Shown here in pieces: positions 44,805 to 53,433 of a stretch of 64,000 nucleotides of DNA. The stretch is from positions 1,919 to 65,918 of the forward strand of contig CAWEZE010000017.1 in the NCBI GenBank assembly GCA_963813485.1. Reading direction: 5' to 3'. Position 1 is the stretch's first letter, and every line of letters starts with the position of its first letter. A program made the translations under genes and the position numbers. The notes below the pieces were generated by a model, which was not told the origin of the DNA, made no database searches, and saw only the letters and a list, made by a program, of their open reading frames with translations. Origin of the DNA: an uncultured bacterium. GTDB taxonomy: Bacteria; Actinomycetota; Acidimicrobiia; Acidimicrobiales; VFJN01.

Positions 44805-45188
44805 GTGACGGCCATGAGTGACCAGACTCCGCCGGACCCGTACGGCCAGGTACCGCCGCGTCCGCAGCAACCCGGCGGCCCGCCGCCGCCCGACACGCCG
44901 CCGCCGGGCTACCAGTACCAACCCTCCGGCTACGGCCAGCACTACTCCGGCTATGCGCCTCCGGTCCGCAAGCCCCTCGACCTGCCCAAGCTCGTGTTCG
45001 TCGCCGCCTGGACCGTCCTCGGCTTGTACGGGCTCTGGTTCATCTACACGCTGACGCAGGACGACTTCGGCGCCGACTTCGGCGACCGCCTGTTCGGCAG
45101 CCTGCAGAACCTGGCGACCGGGATCTTCTATGCGGCGGTACTCCTGGCCGTCAGCGTGTGGCTGGGCAAGCAGAAGACCACGAACTGA
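44805..45188 (+). CDS. Pro-rich N-terminus / two-TM hypothetical membrane protein
   Basis: 127-aa ORF. PPPG/YGQ-rich head followed by two hydrophobic helices. Confidence 0.55.
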   Translation: MTAMSDQTPPDPYGQVPPRPQQPGGPPPPDTPPPGYQYQPSGYGQHYSGYAPPVRKPLDLPKLVFVAAWTVLGLYGLWFIYTLTQDDFGADFGDRLFGSLQNLATGIFYAAVLLAVSVWLGKQKTTN

Positions 45189-45982
45189 GCGTCATCCTCG
45201 CTCCAGCCAAGCTCACCCTCTCGCTGCGGGTGACGGGCGTGCGCGCCGACGGCTACCACCTGCTAGACGCCGAGATGGTGAGCATCGACCTGGGCGACGA
45301 GCTGGCATTCAGTGCGGGCTCGGGACTCGAGATCGTCGATGCCCGACCCGGTGCGGACACGCCGTCGGTGCCCGCGCCGGCGGCCGGCGGTGATACCGGG
45401 TTGAAGCCCGGCGTGCCCGCGGCGCCGGGGCTGCCGCCGGGCGTCCCGGCCGGCGACGACAACCTGGTGCTGCGCGCCCTGCGTGCGGTGGGCCGCGAGG
45501 CGCACATACGACTGATCAAGCGCATCCCGGCGGGCGGCGGGTTGGGCGGTGGATCGGCGGACGCCGCTGCCGTCCTCCGCTGGGCCGGCAGCGACGACGT
45601 GGCGCTGGCGGCGACGCTCGGTGCCGACGTGCCGTTCTGCCTGCGGGGCGGGCGGGCGCGGGTGTCGGGCATCGGCGACCGGCTCGACCCGTTGCCCTTC
45701 GTCGAGCGGACGTTCACCCTCGTGACGCCGCCGTTCGGGTGCTCGACGGTGGCGGTGTACCGGGCGTGGGACGCCCTGGGCGGACCGACGGGGGCCGGCC
45801 CCAACGACCTCGAACCGGCGGCGCTGAGCGTCGAGCCCGGCCTGGCCCGCTGGCGCGACCGCCTGGGCGAGGCCACGGGGCAGGCGCCGGTGCTGGCCGG
45901 CTCAGGATCGACCTGGTACGTGGAGGGGGCGTACCCGGCCGCCGGGAGGGTGGTCGCGCGTACCGTCCCTGCGTACGGCTGA
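45158..45982 (+). CDS. ispE: 4-diphosphocytidyl-2-C-methyl-D-erythritol kinase
   Basis: APAKLTLSLRV N-terminus and GHMP motif PAGGGLGGGSADAAA. GTG start overlaps the preceding ORF by 31 nt. Contains a Pro-rich insertion of about 25 aa. Confidence 0.88.
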   Translation: MAGQAEDHELSVILAPAKLTLSLRVTGVRADGYHLLDAEMVSIDLGDELAFSAGSGLEIVDARPGADTPSVPAPAAGGDTGLKPGVPAAPGLPPGVPAGDDNLVLRALRAVGREAHIRLIKRIPAGGGLGGGSADAAAVLRWAGSDDVALAATLGADVPFCLRGGRARVSGIGDRLDPLPFVERTFTLVTPPFGCSTVAVYRAWDALGGPTGAGPNDLEPAALSVEPGLARWRDRLGEATGQAPVLAGSGSTWYVEGAYPAAGRVVARTVPAYG

Positions 45983-45992
45983 TCGGCGCTGG

Positions 45993-46094
45993 CTACTTGC
46001 CGGCGGCGCGGCGCTGCCAGCGGGTGCGCTTGAGCATCTTCTTGTGCTTCTTCTTGCGCATGCGCTTGCGGCGCTTCTTGATCAACGAACCCAA
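45993..46094 (-). CDS. Ribosomal protein bS22-type small basic protein (33 aa)
   Basis: TTG start 9 nt after AGGAGGA. Translation LGSLIKKRRKRMRKKKHKKMLKRTRWQRRAAGK closely matches the mycobacterial bS22 pattern MGSVIKKRRKRM.KKKH.K.L..TR.QRR. Too short for the ORF track. Confidence 0.8.
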   Translation of the reverse strand: MGSLIKKRRKRMRKKKHKKMLKRTRWQRRAAGK

Positions 46095-46294
46095 GACCCA
46101 ATGTCCTCCTGCGCGCTGTGTGCTCTGCGCTGGTGGTCAGACCGGCGGTACACCCTAGCGAGCGCGCCGTCGGATCCCCGCATGCGGTGACTCCGTCTTC
46201 CACCACGCCAACCCCCGACCGTAGGGTTGTCCCTTCTCTCGTGAACTGTCGCAGGTAACCTCACGTCCGGACGTGGCGGACGTGGAGGGCTGGA

Positions 46295-48580
46295 ATGGGC
46301 GGGACGGTCGGGCGGCCGAGGTCGGTTGCGGCGACGCAGCGCACGCGCAAATGGAGGCGCGGCCTCGTTGCCCTGCCGTTGGTGGCGGCACTCCTCGGAC
46401 TGTCGGGGTGCAACCTCCGTTCGGGCTTCACGGATTATGTCGTCTTCAGTGGACTCAACCGCCCGACGGCCATCGAGTTCGCACCCGACGGGCGGGTGTT
46501 CGTGGCCGAAAAGCGGGGTGTCGTCAAGGTCTTCGACAACCTGACCGACCACACGCCCACCGTCTTCGCCGACCTTCGCACCCAGGTCCACAATTTCTGG
46601 GACCGCGGGCTGCTGGGGCTGGCACTGCACCCGGACTTTCCGGTCAACCCCTCGGTGTATGTGCTCTACACCCGCGACGCGGAGCCCGGAGGGGCGGCGC
46701 CCCGCTGGGGTAGGCCCGGCGCCGACATTGACCCGTGCCCGACACCGCCAGGGGCCACGGCCGACGGCTGCGTGGTGACCGGCCGCCTGTCACGCCTCAC
46801 CGCCAACGGCAACGTGTGGACGGGTAGCGAAGATGTGCTCATCACCGACTGGTGCCAGCAGTACCCGAGCCACTCGATCGGCACGATCGAGTTCGGGGCC
46901 GACGGGGCGCTGTACGTGGGCGGGGGCGAGGGTGCCAGCTTCAACTGGCGTGACTACGGCCAGGACGGCGACCCGCTCAACCCCTGCGATGACCCGCCGG
47001 GTGGTGCCGGGGTCGCGCTGACGCCACCCACGGCGGAGGGCGGGTCGCTTCGCTCCCAAGACGTACGCAGCCCGGCCGACCCGACCGGGCTCAGCGGAAC
47101 CATAATCCGCATCAACCCCGAGACGGGCGAGGCAATGCCCGACAATCCAATGGCTGCATCGCTTGACGCGAACACGCGTCGGATCGTTGCCTACGGCCTG
47201 CGCAATCCCTTCCGGTTCGCGCTTCGACCGGGCACCGACGAGCTCTGGATCGGAGACGTCGGCCAGGACAGCTGGGAAGAGATCAACCGCTCGATCGGTG
47301 GCGACAGCCAGGTCGACAACTTCGGCTGGCCCTGCATGGAGGGTCCCGGCCGAATGCGCGGGTTCGACCTCCTGGACCTCGATCTCTGCGAGTCGCTGTA
47401 CGTGACGGGTGGCGCCGTCCCGCCGTTCTTCGCGTACCGGCACGACCAGCCGATCAACAACGAGTCCTGCACGGCCAACGGCGGCTCCTCGATCACAGGC
47501 GTCGCCTTACCGCCACCCGACGGCGCCTACCCCGACTTTTACGACGGCGCGCTGTTCTTTGCCGACTCGTCGCGAGGGTGCATCTGGGCGATGCGGGCGG
47601 GAGCGAACGGGCGGCCGGACCCCACCAAAGTGACGTGGTTCCACCAGGCGGCCGAGACTCCCGTCGAGCTGGAAATCGGACCCGGCGGGGAGCTCTGGTA
47701 CGTCGACCTGCTCGGCGGTGGCGTCCACAGGATCGGCTATTCGTCCACCAACACGCCGCCGGACGCCGCGTTCACCGCCACGCCGCCCTCGGGTGAGCCA
47801 CCCCTCACCGTGTCATTCGACGCCGCCGCTTCGTCCGACCCCGACCCCGGCGACGGGCTGACCTACGCCTGGGACCTCGATGGTGACGGAGACCTGGACG
47901 ACGCGACGGGCCCGGAAGCCACCATGACCTACGACACCATCGGTACACGAACCGTCCGGCTCGAGGTCACCGACAGGGCCGGGGTGACCGACGGGGCCCA
48001 GACCACGATCCGGGTGGGCACCGAGCCGCCTGTGCCCATGATCGACACACCGGCCGAGGTGACGACGACCGCGGTCGGCGAGATCGTCGGCTTCTCGGGC
48101 CATGCCACCGTGTCGGGCCAGGAGCTCCCGCCCTCCGCGCTGTCGTGGTCGGCTGACATGCTGCACTGCAGTGATGCAGGTTGCCACCGACATTCCGACA
48201 TCTTCGGCCTCGTTGGGGCGGCGTCGGGCTCGTTCGCCATGCCCGACCATGCGTACCCGGCGCATGTCGAGCTGCATCTGACCGCTACGTGGGAAGGCGA
48301 GACGGCTACGACGACCACCCGCATCGACTATCGCACGGTCGACGTCACGCTCACCGCCAATACGGCCGGGGCCACGATGACGCTCGGCGAGCACACGGGC
48401 TTGCCGCCACTCACACGCGCACTGCCCGTCGGTTCCCGCGTGACGATCTCGGCGGCCGACACCGTGAGCGGCGAGCTCGGTCAGATCTCGTTTGCGAGTT
48501 GGTCGGACGGCGGTGCGCGCACGCACGACATCGCGGTACCGGCCGAGCCGACGACGCTGACCGCCAGCTACACGAACTAG
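46295..48580 (+). CDS. PQQ-dependent sugar (glucose/sorbosone) dehydrogenase-like beta-propeller lipoprotein with PKD and Ig-like C-terminal domains
   Basis: Lipobox LLGLSGCN. SGDH-type propeller motifs (FAPDGRVFVAEKRGVV, HSIGTIEFGADGALYV, RNPFRF). PKD repeat (LTVSFDAAASSDPD..LTYAWDLDGDG). Confidence 0.85.
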   Translation: MGGTVGRPRSVAATQRTRKWRRGLVALPLVAALLGLSGCNLRSGFTDYVVFSGLNRPTAIEFAPDGRVFVAEKRGVVKVFDNLTDHTPTVFADLRTQVHNFWDRGLLGLALHPDFPVNPSVYVLYTRDAEPGGAAPRWGRPGADIDPCPTPPGATADGCVVTGRLSRLTANGNVWTGSEDVLITDWCQQYPSHSIGTIEFGADGALYVGGGEGASFNWRDYGQDGDPLNPCDDPPGGAGVALTPPTAEGGSLRSQDVRSPADPTGLSGTIIRINPETGEAMPDNPMAASLDANTRRIVAYGLRNPFRFALRPGTDELWIGDVGQDSWEEINRSIGGDSQVDNFGWPCMEGPGRMRGFDLLDLDLCESLYVTGGAVPPFFAYRHDQPINNESCTANGGSSITGVALPPPDGAYPDFYDGALFFADSSRGCIWAMRAGANGRPDPTKVTWFHQAAETPVELEIGPGGELWYVDLLGGGVHRIGYSSTNTPPDAAFTATPPSGEPPLTVSFDAAASSDPDPGDGLTYAWDLDGDGDLDDATGPEATMTYDTIGTRTVRLEVTDRAGVTDGAQTTIRVGTEPPVPMIDTPAEVTTTAVGEIVGFSGHATVSGQELPPSALSWSADMLHCSDAGCHRHSDIFGLVGAASGSFAMPDHAYPAHVELHLTATWEGETATTTTRIDYRTVDVTLTANTAGATMTLGEHTGLPPLTRALPVGSRVTISAADTVSGELGQISFASWSDGGARTHDIAVPAEPTTLTASYTN

Positions 48581-48684
48581 ACCCCTCATCTGGCCGGGAC
48601 GTCCCCCGAGACGCCCCCGGAGCGCGTCCACCCAGGGCAAACCAAGCGGCAGGTCGGCGTCGACCGGGTACCGTGATGACCCGG

Positions 48685-48757
48685 TCGGGGGTAGTTCAAC
48701 TGGTAGAACGCCGGCCTTTGGAGCCGGTTGTTGCAGGTTCGAGCCCTGCCCCCCGAG
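48685..48757 (+). tRNA. tRNA-Gln (anticodon UUG)
   Basis: Manual cloverleaf. Acceptor tcggggg/cccccga. D arm gttc/gaac. Anticodon stem ccggc/gccgg with loop cTTTGga. T arm gcagg-ttcgagc-cctgc. Discriminator g. No encoded CCA. Confidence 0.95.
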
Positions 48758-49015
48758 CTACAAAAGTCCTGCTAGATCGGCCACGATCGCGTGAATGATC
48801 GAGTGGACAGCAGTGGGTGTGACGGCGACTCGGGGGACGGAGCGGTGAACGCGCAGGTGAACGGCCCGTCGAATGCTCGGCTAGTGACTCGAGATCTTTT
48901 TCGTGCCGCGGCCGTCATCCGCTCTGAGCGATGCGCCGCTTCAGTCGGCCATTGACAATCACGGCGGTCGGCGCACCGCCGCTGGTCGCGCCATTCACAT
49001 AGGCAGGTGTTACCG

Positions 49016-49400
49016 ATGTTGCTCGCCGAGTGGCAAGTAGGCGAAGTGTTCCTGGCCACGGTGTGGTTCAGTCTCTTCGTCCTGTGGATCTGGCTAGTGT
49101 TCGCCGTCTTTACCGACATCTCCGCACTGGGGACTTGAGCGGATGAGCTAAGGCGCTCTGGTGCCTCTTCGTGATCGTCGCGCCGTACCTGGGCGTTTTC
49201 GTGTACCTGATTGCGCGGGGCGGCAAGATGCGCGAGCGGGCGCCCAGGCGCAGGCGGGGGCGCAGCGCGCGTACATCCAGGAAGCGGCCGGCACGGCGTC
49301 GAACCCCGCGGCCGAGATCGAGCGACTGGCCAACTTGCGCGACCAGGGCGCCATCGACGACGCCGAGTTCCAGGCCCTGAAGGCCAAGGCTCTCGTCTGA
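49016..49400 (+). pseudogene. PLD-nuclease-N-terminal-type membrane domain plus SHOCT domain protein, degraded (2 frameshifts and 1 in-frame TGA)
   Basis: Frame 1 gives MLLAEWQVGEVFLATVWFSLFVLWIWLVFAVFTDI. Frame 2 gives RTGDLSG*AKALWCLFVIVAPYLGVFVYLIARGGKM. Frame 3 gives ...AAEIERLANLRDQGAIDDAEFQALKAKAL. Confidence 0.75.
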
Positions 49401-49443
49401 CCCCAGGCAAACGGTCCACCTTGCCCGCGACTCGACAGCAGCG

Positions 49444-49460
49444 TCACCCCGTTCGGATGA
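49444..49460. promoter_or_regulatory. TCATCC-N5-GGATGA motif, site 0 (one mismatch)
   Basis: tcaccc-cgttc-ggatga followed by ggcg. Intergenic. Confidence 0.4.
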
Positions 49461-49609
49461 GGCGCTCAGGCCATGTGCCGTCGGTTTGGAGCGATGTCCC
49501 GGTGTCGACAGGGGCCGAAGTGGGTCGCTTGGCACGGTGCGCCGGGCCATGGCGGTCAGTGATCACTCCGTGCGCGCGGGCAGCATCGGTGGCGAGAAGA
49601 ATCGCGACT

Positions 49610-49626
49610 CCATCCCGAACGGATGA
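49610..49626. promoter_or_regulatory. TCATCC-N5-GGATGA motif, site 1 (one mismatch)
   Basis: ccatcc-cgaac-ggatga followed by ggcg. 127 nt upstream of the ATG at 49754. Confidence 0.45.
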
Positions 49627-49753
49627 GGCGAGTTCCCTGCCCCGCCGCAAGGCTCACAGGTACCAGATCCCGGTCGTTGAATTGCACGGACCAATGTCCA
49701 AGCCGAGAGGAGCGCGAGCGTCCTGGACCACTCCATGCCAAAGGAGAAGTCGG

Positions 49754-49792
49754 ATGACTCCCGAAGTTGAACGCAGGACGACGAGGTCGTGA
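49754..49792 (+). CDS. 12-codon upstream ORF with strong SD, overlapping the next start (GTGA)
   Basis: AAGGAG lies 6 nt before ATG 49754 (MTPEVERRTTRS). The TGA overlaps the GTG at 49789. It may instead be the true N-terminus of the next gene, displaced by an indel. Confidence 0.3.
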   Translation: MTPEVERRTTRS

Positions 49793-50199
49793 TCTGGGCC
49801 ATCCTGGCCATGCTCGGGATCCCGCTGTGGCTGTGCGCCATCGGCATCCTGACGGTGGTCTTCCAGAACCGCAGGCTGCGCAAGCGGCCCGGCAACGTTC
49901 CCATCCGGGTCCTGCGGCCAGGGAAGAGCAGATGGACGTTCGGCCACGGCGTCTGGGTGTCCGATGTCTTCGCATGGCGGGGGAGCCCGGCGGCCTGGCG
50001 CGAGGATCTCGTCCAGGTCAGCGGCGCATCACCCCGTGCTGCCGACGTCGAGGAACGGAAGAAGCTTCACCGCATCGGTGACCAACCCGTCATTGCCACC
50101 TTCGAGCTCGCCGAAGGTGGGACGCTCGAGGTCGCCACCGGGGCTGAGCATCGCTCAGCCCTCCTGGGTCCTTTCGCTGACGTTGCGACAGACGCCTGA
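49789..50199 (+). CDS. DUF2550-like membrane-anchored protein
   Basis: N-terminal TM helix, then a basic linker and a soluble domain. It resembles, from memory, the protein normally encoded after atpC in actinobacteria (Rv1312 type). Confidence 0.55.
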   Translation: MIWAILAMLGIPLWLCAIGILTVVFQNRRLRKRPGNVPIRVLRPGKSRWTFGHGVWVSDVFAWRGSPAAWREDLVQVSGASPRAADVEERKKLHRIGDQPVIATFELAEGGTLEVATGAEHRSALLGPFADVATDA

Positions 50200-50223
50200 G
50201 CCGCCGACATCACTCGCGCCCCG

Positions 50224-50649
50224 ATGCTGGTGCTGAGCGGGACCGCCACCCTGTTGTCATGTGGGGTGAACGGCCGTCATGGACCGGCGCGAGGACGGGC
50301 GCGACCGCTGCCAGGACCGGCGCCGGCAAAGGTCGCTGCTGACGGCGTTCCCGCGGTGGAGGCATCCTCCCGCAACTCGGTCGTCATTCTGCGCCTGCGA
50401 GGCAGGACGGACCTCGGCGGGACGTTCACCAACGTGGTGCGGAGGTACGCCGAGTCACTGCGTGCCGTCGGCAGCAAACTCGTCATCGTCTCCGCCAACA
50501 ATCGGGTTGTCGAGCAACTGGCCGCAACCCGTGTGCTCGACGTCGTCCACCCCGACGACGTGTACGCCGGCGACGAGTGGGTCGGCCGCACCGTGCGGCG
50601 AGCCCACGACGACGCGCTCGACTGGATCGAGGCGAACCGCCAGCCATGA
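50224..50649 (+). CDS. STAS domain protein, probably the orphaned C-terminal remnant of a SulP-type anion transporter
   Basis: The C-terminal ~105 aa (VVILRLRGRTDLGGTF..LRAVGSKLVIVSANNRVVEQLAATRVLD...) look like a SulP STAS tail. No transmembrane part lies upstream. Confidence 0.6.
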   Translation: MLVLSGTATLLSCGVNGRHGPARGRARPLPGPAPAKVAADGVPAVEASSRNSVVILRLRGRTDLGGTFTNVVRRYAESLRAVGSKLVIVSANNRVVEQLAATRVLDVVHPDDVYAGDEWVGRTVRRAHDDALDWIEANRQP

Positions 50650-50737
50650 CACGATCGCGGTGCCAACGAGAGCCAGCAGCTCGTCCAGACCGACCCTGTT
50701 GCCGGGCGACTGCCGGATCGAGGGGGAGCTGACGTCG

Positions 50738-51094
50738 ATGCACTACGAGGAGTTGATGGAGAACGTCGTCAAGGCGTTCGAGGTGGCGGGAGTTGCCCTG
50801 CTTGCGATCGGCTCGATCCTGGCCCTGGTTGATGCGACTGCCGCACTGCGACGGGGGGAGCGCCGGTCGGCATATCAGCGCGCTCGTCAGGGAGTTGGCC
50901 GATCGATCCTGCTCGGCCTGGAGGTCCTCATCATCGCCGACATCATCAAGACGATCACGATCGATCCCACCGTCGAGAGCGCGCTGACGCTCGGGCTGAT
51001 CGTCCTGGTTCGAACCTTCCTCAGCTTCTCGCTGGAGATCGAGTTGGAAGGTGCTCTGCCCTGGCGACGACAGCAACGGCCGACGGAGGAGTGA
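50738..51094 (+). CDS. DUF1622-type membrane protein
   Basis: 118 aa. ILLGLEVLIIADIIKTI...LIVLVRTFLSFSLEIE matches the remembered DUF1622 core. Confidence 0.7.
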   Translation: MHYEELMENVVKAFEVAGVALLAIGSILALVDATAALRRGERRSAYQRARQGVGRSILLGLEVLIIADIIKTITIDPTVESALTLGLIVLVRTFLSFSLEIELEGALPWRRQQRPTEE

Positions 51095-51182
51095 ACCGAC
51101 GGGATCGCCGACGGCGTCCCCCAGGGTGAAATCCACCGTGATCTGGCGGCGGTGGGCATGATCACCCGGGGGAGCGTGACCG

Positions 51183-52595
51183 TCAGTTTCGCTCGGCGGC
51201 GCTGACGGCCTCGAAGTCACGCTCGTTCTGGTCGGCGTACGCCACCGCGAAGTCGGCGATGGCGCGCTCGAAGCCCACACCGGTCCCGAGGTACCCCGCG
51301 ATGGCGATCCGGTCGCCGGACCGTGCGTGACCACGCGCGAGCGTCCAGCCACAGAGCTGCGCGTAGATCTTCAGGATGTCGGGAGTCATCACTTCTATGG
51401 GGGGCGACACCTTCCAGTCCCACAGTTGCCGCACATAGAAGTCGCGTTCGACGCCGTCGATCCCCTCGGCACGCGTCCACCCGAGCAGGATGTCCCCCGC
51501 CGTCTGCAGCAGGCGTTGCCCCTCCACCACCCGTTGACCATGGTTGGCGAAGCTGCTCTTGCCGACGTACGGCTCGAGCACGGAGGCTTCGGCTTCCTTC
51601 ACCTGCAGGAAGAGCGGATCGGCGTCGTCCTTCCCGAGCAAGAGCGCGATCCAGCACCGCGTCCCTACGCTCCCGACACCCACGACCTTGCGCGCGAAGT
51701 CGACGAGCCGGTAGCCCTCGAGGAGGTGCCGGCGATCGTGTTGCAGGCTACGGCGGTACACCCGATAGCGCTCGTGCAACCAGGCCAGGAAGGGCTCAGG
51801 GTCGGTGTCGCCGGCGAGATCGGTCACCGGCACCAGCGTCGGCGGGTCGCTAACGATCCGGTACGCGCCATCGACCCGCTGCGTGAGCCGCGACAGCGCC
51901 TTGAGGCTGTCCTTGCGCTGGGCCTTGGCGGCGGTGCGCTCGAAGCGCTTGACGTCGTCGGGGCTGACATGGCTCCGCCAGCGGTCGAGGACGCCCTGTA
52001 CGTCGAGCCGGGAGTACCAGACGTCGAGGTTCGTCATCGTCGCGAACTGGGCCATCGCCTCTCGGTACGAGCGCGCAACCCGTCGGACGACCGCGCGCGC
52101 CGTCTTGGACGAGAACTCCCGCGACCGGGCCGCGATCTCGAAGCTTGCGGCCAGCCGCTTGACGTCCCATTCGAACGGGCCGGGCACGGTCTCGTCGAAG
52201 TCGTTCATGTCGAAGACCATCGAGCGATCGGGTGCCGCGAAGCCGCCGAAGTTGGCGAGGTGGGCGTCGCCACACGCCTGCACCCGCAGCCCCGAGCTCG
52301 GCACCGTCGCCAGGTCGGCAGCCATGATCACCGCCGCCCCGCGGTAGAAGGTGAACGGCGACTCGAGCATGCGCTCGTGACGAAGGGGCACGAGCTCGGG
52401 GACGCGCGTGGCTTCCTGGGCGCGCAAGAGGGCGACAGGATCGGCCCGCTTCGTGCCGGCCGCCCACTCGGCATGCGCGGAACGCGGCACCGCCGCACGC
52501 GCCGCGCGCCCGAGCGCCGCCCGCTGCGCGGGGTCGAGGTGGACCACCGCCTTCGGGCGGTCGGCGGTTCGGGTCGGCCGATCCGAGCCGGACAT
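51183..52595 (-). CDS. DUF2252 domain-containing protein
   Basis: 470 aa. FTFYRGAAVIMAADLA, CGDAHLANFG, NDFDET.PGP.EWDVKRLAAS match the remembered DUF2252 blocks. Confidence 0.85.
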   Translation of the reverse strand: MSGSDRPTRTADRPKAVVHLDPAQRAALGRAARAAVPRSAHAEWAAGTKRADPVALLRAQEATRVPELVPLRHERMLESPFTFYRGAAVIMAADLATVPSSGLRVQACGDAHLANFGGFAAPDRSMVFDMNDFDETVPGPFEWDVKRLAASFEIAARSREFSSKTARAVVRRVARSYREAMAQFATMTNLDVWYSRLDVQGVLDRWRSHVSPDDVKRFERTAAKAQRKDSLKALSRLTQRVDGAYRIVSDPPTLVPVTDLAGDTDPEPFLAWLHERYRVYRRSLQHDRRHLLEGYRLVDFARKVVGVGSVGTRCWIALLLGKDDADPLFLQVKEAEASVLEPYVGKSSFANHGQRVVEGQRLLQTAGDILLGWTRAEGIDGVERDFYVRQLWDWKVSPPIEVMTPDILKIYAQLCGWTLARGHARSGDRIAIAGYLGTGVGFERAIADFAVAYADQNERDFEAVSAAERN

Positions 52596-52675
52596 CAGAC
52601 CTTGAGTGGGCCGGTCAGGAGTGTCGCCATCGCTCCTCCTCGCGTCGCGGACGGGCTGGCAAAGGCCGGTGTGGA

Positions 52676-52846
52676 TCAGCGGCGGAAGCCGCGATCCTGG
52701 CGACGGTCGCGACGATCCTCGCGACGGTCCTGGCGTCGATCCACGCCGTGCGAAACGACGGCGGCGGTGCCGACCACCGCGGCCGTTCTGGCCACCGGCG
52801 CGCCGATGACACCGCGTCGTGCAGCTCGAGCAGGTCGAAGGGGCAT
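52676..52846 (-). CDS. Small Arg/Asp-rich protein (56 aa), translationally coupled to the upstream gene
   Basis: GAAGGAGAT-TGAc-ATG: a strong SD, with the upstream stop 1 nt before this ATG. MPLRPARAARRGVIGAPVARTAAVVGTAAVVSHGVDRRQDRREDRRDRRQDRGFRR. Confidence 0.5.
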   Translation of the reverse strand: MPLRPARAARRGVIGAPVARTAAVVGTAAVVSHGVDRRQDRREDRRDRRQDRGFRR

Positions 52847-52847
52847 G

Positions 52848-53312
52848 TCAATCTCCTTCACTTTGCGCGGCGTCCTCGGCCGCGATGGACGCCGCGATCG
52901 CCTGGGTGGGAATCCTGCCGGTGGCGATCAGCTGGCCACCGGCGCGGCGGGCCGCCGACGCGAACGGGGCCGCCCAGGAGTTCTCCCAGACGACGACGCC
53001 GGCCACGCTGCCGTTCTCCATCGCCTCGGCAAGGTGCACCACGTCCTCGGCGGCCAGAATCTCGGCGATCTCGGTCTCCAGGCCGAGCAGCTCGCCCGCC
53101 TGGTCCTCGTCGAGGTCGTCGATCTCGAACGCCTCGACGGTGCCGTCGTTGGCCTTGTGCATGATCAGCAGGTCGAGCACACGGACGGTCCCGGACTTGA
53201 CCAGCGAGGCGAGCTCGGCCGCCATCTCGCCCGAGAAGTTGCTCTTGCCTGCAGGAAACTCGACGACGAGGTAGTCCACCGGGCCCAGCTCGTCGATCTC
53301 GGTCGCACTCAT
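52848..53312 (-). CDS. Conserved hypothetical protein (family I recall as DUF6325; name unverified)
   Basis: 154 aa. GPVDYLVVEFP..., VRVLDLL..., VVVWENSWAAPFASAARRAGGQLIATGRIP. Confidence 0.7.
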   Translation of the reverse strand: MSATEIDELGPVDYLVVEFPAGKSNFSGEMAAELASLVKSGTVRVLDLLIMHKANDGTVEAFEIDDLDEDQAGELLGLETEIAEILAAEDVVHLAEAMENGSVAGVVVWENSWAAPFASAARRAGGQLIATGRIPTQAIAASIAAEDAAQSEGD

Positions 53313-53433
53313 CGGGAGCTCCTATCTCACGTGGCCGTGTCGGCCTCCCCACGTCCGGACGGTGCCCTCGCGGGTTCGCCGGACGACGGCGGGAGCCTCC
53401 GGCGCACGATCTCGCGATCGGCGACATCTGTCG

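Noticed and set aside
48661-48687. 9-bp hairpin (cgaccgggt/acccggtcg) overlapping the first 3 nt of tRNA-Gln, as a distinct regulatory element.
   Set aside because: It is probably just a terminator or processing stem for the upstream dehydrogenase transcript. It is too small and isolated to interpret.
49144-49146. TGA read as Trp (recoding) in the PLDc_N/SHOCT gene.
   Set aside because: The same gene also needs two frameshifts to be read, and TGA functions as a normal stop for many well-supported genes in the window (for example atpD, treS, glgE).
48758-49646. tRNA-Gln-anchored integrative element bounded by a repeat of the tRNA 3' end.
   Set aside because: The best downstream match is only ccctgcccc (49635-49643) against the tRNA T-arm/acceptor. 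There is no integrase or excisionase gene anywhere in 48.7-64 kb. This is kept only as a compositional observation.
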